64,000 nt of DNA, taken from contig NW_024704742.1 in NCBI RefSeq assembly GCF_018977255.1, forward strand, positions 22,508,001-22,572,000, given 5' to 3'. The DNA comes from Callorhinchus milii (taxonomy: Eukaryota). Numbering within the stretch: the stretch's first letter is position 1; each line of letters starts with the position of its first letter. Positions 39,787-50,083 of this stretch are shown here, piece by piece. Below the pieces are notes generated by a model. The model saw only the letters and a list, made by a program, of their open reading frames with translations. It ran no database searches and had not been told where the DNA came from. Both the position numbers and the translations under genes were made by a program.

Positions 39787-41984
39787 CACTTTCCTTTCTC
39801 CATAGATGCTGTTGAGTTTTCCCACCTCTTTCTGTTTTTGTTTGTAGTATATGACTGATTTTTTTTACTTTGAGGTTGACCTACATATCCTGCAAAAGAA
39901 GAAAGAACTTTTGATTGCACTGTATCATATTAAAATGCTTCATTAGTAATTACTATCAAGATTGCGCCTGCATTTGTAGGCAAACACAGAGGCTGTTTCC
40001 CATAAATAACCATGAGGTGAATGATCAATTAATTTGGAGGATTCTGACCAGAATCCATCTCTCTTTTTCAAGTAAAGATGGAATCTTTAACACTGACCTG
40101 AACAGACAGACGGCACCTTTGACAGTGCAGCATTCCCCCAATCTGTACTGGAATGTCAAAGTAAGCTTTGAGCTCAAGTCTTGGCACAGCGTTGATTCAA
40201 GAGTCGAAATTAGCTACTGAGTGAGCAAAGCTGACCCATGAACATATTTATAAATTGAAGGAGTAGTGACTGGAAATAGGATAGGTTCAAGAGATAGTCA
40301 GCAAAGGATAGAGGAAGGTTGATAGACAGATCTCTTGAGAACAATAAGAGTGGACTGGATAGCTTATTTCACTCCAGGAAACACAAAAATCTAACAGACA
40401 TTTTGTGGATAAATCTTGATGCTTGTCATGGTGGGGGAACAGTTTGGAGCAATGGAGGGAGGTTCATTGCCAAGATCAACAAGATGAGAGTTCAGATAAC
40501 CCAGGGTACCATTAAAACACCAAAGCGTTGAAACTATTTCTCTTTAAATTGCAAATACCAGCAGAGTGAAATCGTTAAGTAGCTGTTGCTATCGGAACAT
40601 AAATACATACAATTATTTGTGAGAAAAATTACTTCATGACACGCATTGGTGCAGACATCATATACAAGCCTAATTTGTAATTTTCCATTTTTGTGTGTAT
40701 TTTATGTTAGTGTATATATTTGTATGATTACATCCCCTACAAATACAATAACAATACTTTACATCTGTGAATCTCCTGACGTGAAAGGCACTATATTAAA
40801 TGAAAGGATTAATATTAGTGAACAATTAATGATAAAGTGTCCATGGACAAACTTAGTGTTTGCAACTTGCGGTTGATAAAGACTTTGACATTGGAAAACT
40901 GTGAAGGTTCATTGAGAGTGAAGGTGTCTGCAATAAAAGGGTGACATCCAGGCGTTCTGCTACAAGAAATGAAACACCTTAATTTGAAAAGAAAGATATC
41001 TTGTAATTTGCATTGCTGGGATTATGACTAGTATATACGGAATAACAATTACACAAGGACCATTTTACAATGCAAGACAATCAAGGATTTAGAGGACCTC
41101 ATAAACCGGTAACCAAAGCTTGAGAAGTCTGTGTATGTAATCTAACCTGAGATTGAGTTACACTCTGTAATTCACTCCAGGGAAATCAATACTTACTTAG
41201 CACATCCATTTAGTTTATTGTTGAATTTACGAAGAGTAGTTGTTTGCAGTAGTAAAATTCGACACCACTATGGACTTTGGTCCAAATCTCTGTCTTGATG
41301 AAAAACACAGCAAATATGTCACATGATAAATTGAGGAGCAGAACCTCATCAGGTTTAATTGTGAAACGTCCAAATAGGAAGAAAGAACTTGTATTTTTAT
41401 AGCTCCTATCACATTGAAAGGAATTACAGTCAAGTATCGTGACTGTTACTATAAGCAAACCATTTTGCACTATCCCCAAAACAGCAGTGAAATTTTCTCG
41501 AAGATAGTTGACCACTGAAGTGTTGGTCTAGGCTAAGTCACGACTGGTGCAATACTGTTCAGAGTCTTTTAGTGCACTCTATTGAACTTGGCAAGGATCT
41601 CTGGGGGCTTCAATGCACAGGGTGCAGATTGTTACCAACTGAGTCTTGCTGACACTTACATAAGTTGACAAGTATTTAATGTTATGTGGCAGAAAGAAAT
41701 AGTGTCATAGGAATATCTATTGCTGGGTTACTGGCAATTAAAACAACCCTTATATATTAGAAACTGTCCTCTCAAATCTCCTTCACAGAAAAATCAAAAC
41801 CAACAGCAAATAAATCAGAAGGTGTTGACAGTTTTTTCCTGGTGACTGGGAGTGTCCTAGCCAACAATCCCCCAAATACATTTGGTCATTCACTACACAG
41901 GCTGTTTGTGGAACATTCATGTGAGCAAATGGGCTGCTGCATTTGCGCACAATTACAGAATCTCTACACTTTACAGTATATTAA

Positions 41985-42280
41985 TAACAATACTAATCCT
42001 TGCATTTGATATAGCGCCTTATCACAGCCTTGAGGCGTCTCAAAGCTCTTCACAGGATATACTGTAAAGTGTGTAGTAAAGACTGTGTAGTCTGTGGACG
42101 AAATGTAGCAGCCAGTTTGTGCAAGCAAACTCCCACCAACAACCATGGACTAAGTGACCAATTTTATTTGCGGGATTGTTTGCTGAGGATACCAGGAGAA
42201 AAAAACTGCTTTCTCTTTTCGAATAGTGCCATGGGATCTTTAACAGGCAAATGGGTCATTGGTTTAATGGCTCATCCTAA
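41985..42280 (-). mobile_element. Deu-domain SINE family A
   Basis: Tail and cgaatagtgccatgggatctttaac core. Confidence 0.75.
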
Positions 42281-43049
42281 GTATATCCTGTGAAGTGCTT
42301 TCAGACATCCTCCTTTTGTGAAAGGCACTATACCAAATACAAGGGTAATCGCTATTATTATTATTATTATTATAGTGCCCCTTCCTAAAAGTGCAGAAGA
42401 TTTGCAGCCAATGCTTATTGAGATCCTTGTCAAGTTCAATGGCGTGCACTAAAAGGCTCTGAACAGTATTACACCAGCCACCGACAAGTGAGACAGTCAG
42501 CTCAGTCCTTTAACCGGCACCATTAAATGGTAGGCCAGCTAACAGATTAGATTATGAGCTATAAGAATGTCACAGGCATTTTAAATATGCAGCAATGGCT
42601 TAATTGCCTGATACCATTATCTGGTGTCATGGTGTGTGGATATGTTTCATGCAATTTATCCACGGAATTCACTTTCATATCGAAACACAACTTTTCTACA
42701 TGAAAAGGGCAGGACACACTTTATAACACGTCAAGGAGTGAAGAAGTACAGAAGGAGGTGTTTATACTATGAACAAACTATTTAAAACTGTTTGAACACG
42801 TCCATTTATTATGGACTGATAAAGCTACCACAGGAAATTGGCAACGTAAAGTGGCTCGGGACAAAAAGTGCATCTTCTACGCCCACTCGTGAGAACACAG
42901 CTCCAACGATGTCCAGAATCAACCAGGGATGAAGATTTCAGTGCTGCCTCAACTCTAGTTTACAAGTGCAAAAGGTGGCTTCTGATCTTAGTCTTTCCAC
43001 TGCAGGGAGGCACCAGACGAAGTCCAGGTGCTTTTCCAAAAGTGGTGAA

Positions 43050-43388
43050 TTAATAATAATAATCCTTGTAATTGATATAGTGCCTTACCATGTGCTTGAG
43101 ATTTCTCAAAGTCTGCACAGGATATACGGTAAAGTAGATTGACTGTGTATTATATGGGCAAAATGCACACAACAATGTCCCACAAACAGTGAGAGACCAA
43201 TTCTATTTGGGGGATTTTTGGCCAGGACACCAGGAGAAATTCCCTTCGCTTCTCGAATAGTGCCATGGGATTTTGTAACATCCACTGAACATTTTAATGA
43301 CTCGTCCAAAGGACTATCCCCCAGCACTGCATTAGAGTGTCATCTTAGATTATCTGATTCTACGTGCTGACTTGGGGAGTAATCCCAC

Positions 43389-43419
<31 letters not shown>

Positions 43420-43438
43420 AACTGAGCCAGACTGACAC
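43050..43438 (-). mobile_element. Deu-domain SINE family A, near full length
   Basis: Tail through the gtgctaccaactgagccagactgacac head. Confidence 0.82.
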
Positions 43439-44129
43439 ATTACAACAGGATGTTTCTATGCCCTTCCAGGGGCAGGATTTTGAGTAGCATTGGTGGAGAT
43501 GTGGAAGCAGGACTTTTGGTTGGAATGTGTGCATTATAAGAAGATCCAAGAAAGAAGTGAAAATAGTTTCTGAAATAAAATAAAAAAGCGAACTAAAATT
43601 GTTTGACTAAAATTGCTAAAATTGTCACCAAAAAGAGAACACCACAATGTAGTTTTCCAATTAATACTTCTTTGTAATATGAGTTACACAGAAGTCACAT
43701 TTATCGCAAAGCCAAAAGAAATTGGTTAAAATGTCATCTTGGAATTAACATTTTGATTGTGTTTATTTTCTGATGCTTACGTGCTTCACAGTAATACTGT
43801 ACTTGTTAATAAACAAATGGAATTATACACTCTTAAAAGGTACTCTTCTGCACTATGCCCTTATTGTTGGAATAATCTGTTCAACTCCATAAATTCTTGT
43901 TGTTTCAAACTTATAACTGCAATCATTTGAACACACAATATGACATATTTTTCATCAGAAGGAAATCTTGTTTGCAATCATCCTCTGATCGAGAATATTG
44001 ATTTTACTGTAAGCATTGCTGGGTACTACAAAAACACACAGTTACTACACTTTACAGTATATCCTGTGAAGCACTTTAAGATATCCTGATGTGAAAGGAG
44101 CCAAAAGTAAGGATTATTATTTTNACTAC

Positions 44130-44560
44130 AAATGTACATAAGAACATCGGGAAACAGAAACAGGAGGCGGCCATTCAGCCCACCAAGCCTGTTCCAGCAG
44201 TTTATTAAATGTTGGCAGATCTTTTAATCCCAATGTTCCTTAATACCTCAAAGCTCCATGAGCTCCATGCAAAAAGTTTCCTTTTTAAGAACTGCGTCAA
44301 CCCACTCCCTCATCAAGATTGAGTTTTCCAAGATTTGGCACATCTTTAACTCTTCAGACCATGATCTTAATGCTCAGTCCATGAAGGCTTTCCGGCCTTG
44401 GGTTCTTTATAATCAAACTCAATTCTTTTGGCTGACGTTGAGGAAGTGTCACATTACAAATCCGGAATATACAAACATCTGACATGAAATGGAAGGGCCC
44501 ACTCTCTGAATCTGAGGCATAGTCCACATCAGCAAGTTCTGACAGATTTGCCTTGCACAT
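44130..44560 (-). mobile_element. CR1 LINE 3' end fragment
   Basis: acataagaaca...aggcggccattcagccc is typical of a reverse-strand CR1 3' end. Confidence 0.55.
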
Positions 44561-45171
44561 AGGCATGATTCATCCACTTGCAACAACAATTTGCATTTAT
44601 ATAGCAATGGACCCTTGGGATATTAATTCCAAATGGCAGTTTGGCATGTGCACAAAGAGCCCGGTTAATATAACTGTGTGTAGAAGGGATTAAAAGGCTG
44701 GCGAACCAGATGCAAAGATTCCAGTTAACAAAATTCTTTGAAATTTTGAACCATTTAGTAACAAAGACTTCAACAATTTATAAACATTTTGCACACGTCT
44801 TCTTCGCATTGTTTCCTGGAAGCTTGGGTACTGAGTCCTGGAGTTTTTTTTCAATAAATGTTGGGGAAACATGTTTTCCTTTTAAAATAAAAAACCGCAC
44901 GCACAAAAAAAGTTAAAGGTGACGTGTAATCGTGTCTCACGTTAGGACATGTTTTTCAGATTACAACAAAGAAATTTTTTCCCAAGAAATCAAAACAAGT
45001 TTTTATTAAAACTTCAAATAAGTTAGATCTGAATAACTTATTTGAATAACTTAAGTGCTCGGAGACGCTGGCCCGAATGAAGGCGCTGTATAAATGCAAG
45101 TTGTTGTTGTTGTTGAATAATGTGACATTTTTGTGAACTGAGTTTGCAGATGGTAAATATTACTGTACTGC

Positions 45172-45425
45172 AGAGCAAAACCTTGGGTAAGTTTCCTTAC
45201 TCCACACGTTTGATAATAATCCTTCAAGAAAAAAAACAATAATAAAATTGGTCACTTCAATCCACGACTGTTTGTGTGGGGACACTGCCGTGTGCAATTG
45301 ACTGCCGAGTTTTCGCCCACAATTATACAGTCAATTCACTTTACAGCCTATTCTGTGAAGGGCTTTTGAGACGTTCTAGAAGACGTGAAAAAGCGCTACA
45401 TCAAATGCAAGGATTATTATTATAC
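45172..45425 (+). mobile_element. SINE family B, short form, 5'-truncated
   Basis: aaccttgggtaagtttccttactccacac... followed by the tail. Confidence 0.88.
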
Positions 45426-45594
45426 ATTATTGTGCATATCTCCCTCTCCGTCTCTTGAGGTCAAAATGCAATAACGCAACGTAAGTCACAGAGCTACTTC
45501 CTTGAGAACAAACATGAGCCCACATCCTTTGTCCACTTATTTGTGGTTTGTGGCAAATTTCCTCCCTTGTTCGTTCAAAATAATAATATTTAAT

Positions 45595-45792
45595 AATAAT
45601 AATATAATAATAATAAGCCTTGCATTTGATATAGCGCTTTTCACGTCGGGAGGACGTCCCAAAGCGCATCACAGAACACACTATAAAGTGAATTGACTGT
45701 ATAATTGTGGGCGAACGCGCACAGCAGTGTCCCACAAACAGTCGTGGATTGAAAATGACCAATTTATTATTGTTTTTGTTTTTGAAGGGATT
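45595..45792 (-). mobile_element. SINE family B 3' half
   Basis: (AAT)n tail, L2-type stem-loop and Deu-type body. Confidence 0.88.
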
Positions 45793-46039
45793 AAAGTCAT
45801 TTCTGGAGACTTTTAACGGGTAGATGTTTAACCCCTTTAACGTGAGCCACAAGCTGCTGCAGCCAGAGTCAGGCAGTCAGTCAGGCAGTGACAGCCATCC
45901 CCTCCCATTCCCAGAGGGATGGCTGGTGGGCTGGGCTGGGAGTCTGGCTGTGTGGAGGAGGAGAGGAGGAGGAGGAGGAGGAGAAGGAGTTGCACAGACG
46001 GGCTCGCAGGCTGACTGCGGCTCCACATCCTCGCAAGAC

Positions 46040-46618
46040 AGCAGCAGCAGCAGCAGCGACAGCAGCAAGAGCATCAGCAAGAGCAACAAGAGCAATAGCA
46101 AGAGCAACAAGAGCAGCAGCAAGAGCAACAAGAGCATCAGCAAGAGCAACAAGAGCATCAGCAAGAGCAACAAGAGCAACAGCAAGAGCAACAAGAGCAG
46201 CAATAGCAAGAGCAACAAGAGCAGCAATAGCAAGAGCAACAAGAGCAGCAATAGCAAGAGCAGCAATAGCAAGAGCAACAAGAGCAGCAGCAAGAGCAAC
46301 AAGAGCAGCAATAGCAAGAGCAACAAGAGCAAGAGCAACAAGACCAGCAATAGCAAGAGCAACAAGAGCAGCAGCAAGAGCAACAAGAGCAGCAATAGCA
46401 AGAGCAACAAGAGCAGCAATAGCAAGAGCAGCAATAGCAAGAGCAACAAGAGCAGCAGCAAGAGCAACAAGAGCAGCAATAGCAAGAGCAACAAGAGCAG
46501 CAATAGCAAGAGCAGCAATAGCAAGAGCAACAAGAGCAGCAATAGCAAGAGCAACAAGAGCAACAGCAACAAGAGCAGCAGCAATAGCAAGAGCAACAAG
46601 AGCAGCAATAGCAGCAGC
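46040..46618 (+). repeat. Compound trinucleotide repeat (AGC/AAG/AAC/AAT) with an 84-bp higher-order unit
   Basis: 193 triplets, nearly all starting with A; two tandem 84-bp units at 46346-46429 and 46430-46513. Confidence 0.97.
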
Positions 46619-47183
46619 GACCAAAGGACACGGACCTCACTCACCAGCGCCGCAGCACCACCTCACTCACAGCTACTGCCGCTCTTCATTGCCGGGCAGT
46701 GGAGTGGGCAGTGGGGGGTGTGAAGTCAGGAGAGAGGCGACACAGCTCCCTTTTTCGCTTTGGCAAGTATCCCCCACCCTTTTAGTTTTTGTTGCCCGGT
46801 GCACGAAGTCTCTGTGTCTGTGTGTTGTTGGTGCACTCGCTGTCGCCTCCGCAGAAGAAGTCGCTGCAACTTTCGTTGGGATTTTGTTTGTGCTCTCAAA
46901 TTGGTTTGGGATTTTTTTTCCACACACCCACACACACAGCCCTTTAAAGTTTAGTTAGTGTCTCTCCTCCCCACCCAACACCACCCCAACCCACCCCCCC
47001 CCTCCCTCCCCCCCTCCACCCCACCCTCATCCCCCCTCATCCCCCCTCCACCCCACCCTCATCCCCCTTTTTTTTATATCCTTTTCCCTTTTATTTTTAC
47101 AGGTTATTTTTATTTTTATATCAAAAAGAATTATCCTTGCATTGCCCTCGCTTTGTTTTTTTTTTAACCTTTCCACACCCCCC

Positions 47184-47240
47184 TCACTCCACTCCACTCC
47201 ACTCCACTCACTCATTCGCTCACTCCACTCCACTCCACTC
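47184..47240. repeat. (CACTC)n pentanucleotide microsatellite
   Basis: cactccactccactc... immediately upstream of the AG at 47241-47242. Confidence 0.9.
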
Positions 47241-47281
47241 AGTTGTTCCTGTCCTCTCGGTGGGATCTTGGAGCGAAGGAG

Positions 47282-47848
47282 ATGACACGCGCTTCTTCCA
47301 CCAGCTCCGCGGCCACCGTCGCCCGGTGCTGGGTGTTTCTGTCGTCTGTCAGCTTCGGGCTCTGTCACAACGCAACGCAGGGCTACTCCATCCGAGGCGG
47401 CAATGCCACCAGCCAGGGATCACCTCAGCCGGGCACGCAGGCGATGTATTTATTCAATTCGACATCATCATTATCATCATCATCATCATCATCGTTATCA
47501 GCATCATCGACGACCACGACCACGACGACAGCAACGACGACTTGCGTTTATAATTCCTCCGCGTCCTCGCCCGTGCCGTGCAAGCTGAACGAACTAGGCC
47601 TAAACGCCACGACCAATTCTACACCCCCCCAATGCAAGTCGCGACCCACAAACAACACCACCTTCAAGTACATTAACACGGTGCTCGCTTGTGTTATTTT
47701 CGTGGTCGGGGTGATTGGGAATGTGACCCTCCTGAGGATTATCTACAAGAACAAGTGCATGAGGAATGGCCCCAACATGCTGATCGGGAGTCTGGCCCTG
47801 GGGGATCTGCTCTACATCGCCATCGACATCCCGATCCATGTCTTCAAG
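47282..47848 (+). CDS. EDNRA: Endothelin receptor type A-like, coding exon 1 (signal peptide, N-terminal ectodomain, TM1-TM2)
   Basis: The ATG at 47282 opens MTRASS...[63 protein letters not shown], the endothelin receptor TM1-ICL1-TM2 signature. The donor AAG|GTACTC at 47848/9 is phase 0 (567 bp). Tyr in LGDLLY matches ETA Tyr129 (ETB has His). The start codon choice is inferred. Confidence 0.88.
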
Positions 47849-47939
47849 GTACTCGAAGATATTCCCTTTCCCTCTGGATGTCTTCCACTGCTTTCTATTC
47901 TCTCACTGTCTTCCTCGCCCTACTAACTCTGCTTGTGCT

Positions 47940-48270
47940 ATTATAATAATAATAATAATAATAATAATCTTTGTATTTCATACAGCCCCCTATCACATCC
48001 TTGAAGACGTCTCAAAGCGTTTCATAGAATACACTGTAAAGTGAATTGACTGTATTTGTGGGCGAAACGCGGCAGCCAATTGCACACAGCAGTGTCCCAC
48101 AAACAGTCGTGGATTGAAGTGACCAATTTTATTATTGTTTTTTTTTCTTGAGGGATTATTCTCAGGCACATAGAGTAAGGAAACTTGCCCAAGGTTTCGC
48201 CCTGCCGGGAATCAAACCCAGGTCTCTCACTTACGACGCGAATGCTCTCACCACTGAGCTACAGGACTCC
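47940..48270 (-). mobile_element. SINE family B, short form, full length, intronic
   Basis: (ATA)n tail through the gagctacaggactcc head. Confidence 0.92.
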
Positions 48271-49377
48271 AACCTAGTTCTGCCGCCACTTCCCTCTCCT
48301 GCACTCACTCCGCTTGTCTTCCTCACTCTTAACTCTTTTCCAGCTCTCACCTATTTGTCCTCAGCTGTTTTCTGTCTTCTTCTCTCACCTTCTGTCACAC
48401 TCAGTTGTTTCTGTCCTTTCTTTGAACCTCTTCATTTCCAGTTCTAACACCTGTTGCCTTCCAGTGACCTACTCTTGCTATTCTTGGTAATTCAACTTTT
48501 GTATTTTTCTTCCTTGCCAACAAGTAACGGGAAGCTTGCCAGATAGGGCTTGCATAGAAAGTTGTGGTTTGGGCTATTTGAACTCCAGGGGTACCCCAAT
48601 GCAAACTCTGGGGTCCCCAAGCCTTGGCCCTTGCAAACCTGTGCCTAATACTCTCCAGAATTTGGTAAGCAGGATGCATTCCGTCACAGCCACAGTGCAC
48701 CTCCTTTCCAGACACAGGGAAAATTCCACATGTCAGTGGCATACATATGTGAACTCTCAATCTGGTTTGGTGAAAGGTTTCTGTAAAAGATACCCGTCTG
48801 ACCAAAATAATTCCTTCCTTCTCTCATGTTTGCAATTTCCTCACCTTTTCTCTACCTGTCCCATTCGTTCCTCTCCCAATAGATCTTGTATTGTTCCTCA
48901 CCTCTGCCAGATTGACACACGGAGCAGCCCCTCACAAATCACCCCACACCTTTCTAGAATTCGTATCAGTCATTTTGATATATTTCTCTTTGTTCTGCTG
49001 TTGGCCTTCCCCGATTCTTTCCTTCAATTGTGTCCATTTTCAGCGCTTTGGGACGTCCTCCCGACGTGAAAGGAGCTATACAAATGTAATTTGTTGTTCT
49101 GTGTTGTCTTTCTCTCAATGTATATGTTTTTATATTTCTCGAAACTTCTCTTTTCTGTCTATTTTCTTTCGTCGGTGTGTCTCTCTCCTTTTGCCATCAT
49201 GCCTTTATTTTATAATCATCCTTCTGTACATTATCTAATTAACACACACATACATGCACGCAACTTTTTCTCTTTTCTGCCCTAATGGTGTATTTTTTAC
49301 GGTTTTGTAATGACATCTGTTTTTTAAAATAAATAAAATACCTTGTGACCTAATCATTGCAATATTCTTTCAAATGT

Positions 49378-49618
49378 GGAGTCCTGTAGCAAGCAAGAGG
49401 ACCTGGGTTCAATTCCCGGGCAGGACGAAACGTTGGGCAAGTTTCCTTACTCCACACTCCTCTGTTTTCCTAGCAGTAAGTTGGAATCCGGTTATCCGGT
49501 TGTCAGTCGATTGGCGGCTTGTTTTTCTGGGGGTAATAATCCCTTCAAAATGTATTTAAAAAATAATAATAATAATTTGGTCACTTAATCCACGACTGTT
49601 TGTGGGACGCTGCTGTGT
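49378..49618 (+). mobile_element. SINE family B, long form, 3'-truncated, intronic
   Basis: ggagtcctgtagc...ggttcaattcccggg...tttgtgggacgctgctgtg. Confidence 0.85.
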
Positions 49619-49970
49619 ACAGTCTGTCGAGGCAAACTGCTGTGTCTAGCCTGAAAATTTTCATGTATGTGGGTGGTCTTCAATGTTTTTTACTTTGATT
49701 TCGACATAGATTTTCTTGTTTAGTTGTACGAGGCTTTTTGTGGCTTTGCCTCGGATGTTCTTGTGTCTATTACAATACCACGGTCTCTCACAAAGTTTAC
49801 CAACTCTTGCCATTTCAGTTAATGTTGTTTTGTTTAAGTGCACTCTCCATTTATTTTCACTTCTACCATCTTTTTTTTGTGCATAGTAATATATTTTGCT
49901 CTTCTAATTAATTGAGAGAGATTAACAGTTTTTTCTTTCTTTTTCCCCGACAAACATTCCTCTCCTCCAG

Positions 49971-50083
49971 CTTTTGGCTCCAGAGTGGCCTTTTGGAATT
50001 TTTGTATGCAAGCTGGTACCTTTCTTGCAGAAAACCTCGGTGGGGATCACTGTCCTGAACCTCTGTGCCCTCAGTGTGGACAG
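49971..50083 (+). CDS. EDNRA: Endothelin receptor coding exon 2 (ECL1-TM3)
   Basis: Polypyrimidine tract plus CAG acceptor; encodes [37 protein letters not shown](R); donor AG|GTAACA; 113 bp. This frame is absent from the ORF track. Confidence 0.92.

Larger units (their letters stand above)
36685..39843 (-). mobile_element. Penelope-like retroelement (RT + GIY-YIG endonuclease), decayed, with inverted terminal arm and TSD
   Basis: Minus-strand ORF pieces carry KPADKGG, TMDVQSLYASIPH, GTRMDPSYACLF, FLRYINDC, TDIFYKPT and GIY-YIG-like AVYCIRCSQCGLLYIEETKCRLGDRFAEHL, broken by frameshifts and stops. The segment ~39100-39843 is an inverted copy of the 3' end. The direct repeat ATATGACTGA flanks both sides. 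Confidence 0.92.
45840..47281 (+). promoter_or_regulatory. Probable promoter, non-coding first exon and leader intron of the receptor gene
   Basis: GC/CpG-richer, transposon-free block with a (GGA)n run. Candidate donor TG|GCAAGT at 46762/3; candidate acceptors TTTTTACAG| (47102) and CTCAG| (47242). Human EDNRA has a non-coding exon 1. The TSS cannot be located from sequence. Confidence 0.5.

Noticed and set aside
44124..44124. Single N base
   Set aside because: Assembly ambiguity or small gap, not biology. Distances measured across it may be uncertain.
45877..46644. Antisense poly-Leu, Ala/Leu and Cys-rich ORFs as real genes
   Set aside because: They are automatic by-products of the triplet repeat, with no domain, signal or splice support.
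45824..46958. Repeat ORFs as a dentin phosphophoryn-like or Ala/Thr antifreeze protein gene
   Set aside because: No signal peptide. The Ser frame is basic rather than Asp-rich, and the Ala frame lacks an ATG and the AAT or 11-residue periodicity. Kept only as a repeat finding.
47243..47281. N-terminal extension given by the ORF track ([13 protein letters not shown])
   Set aside because: It starts at TTG directly after a candidate splice acceptor; the first ATG is at 47282 and precedes a hydrophobic signal-like segment.
48401..49069. Overlapping 134-aa and 177-aa intronic ORFs, possible transposase remnant
   Set aside because: No convincing catalytic motif or TIRs could be recognised by eye.
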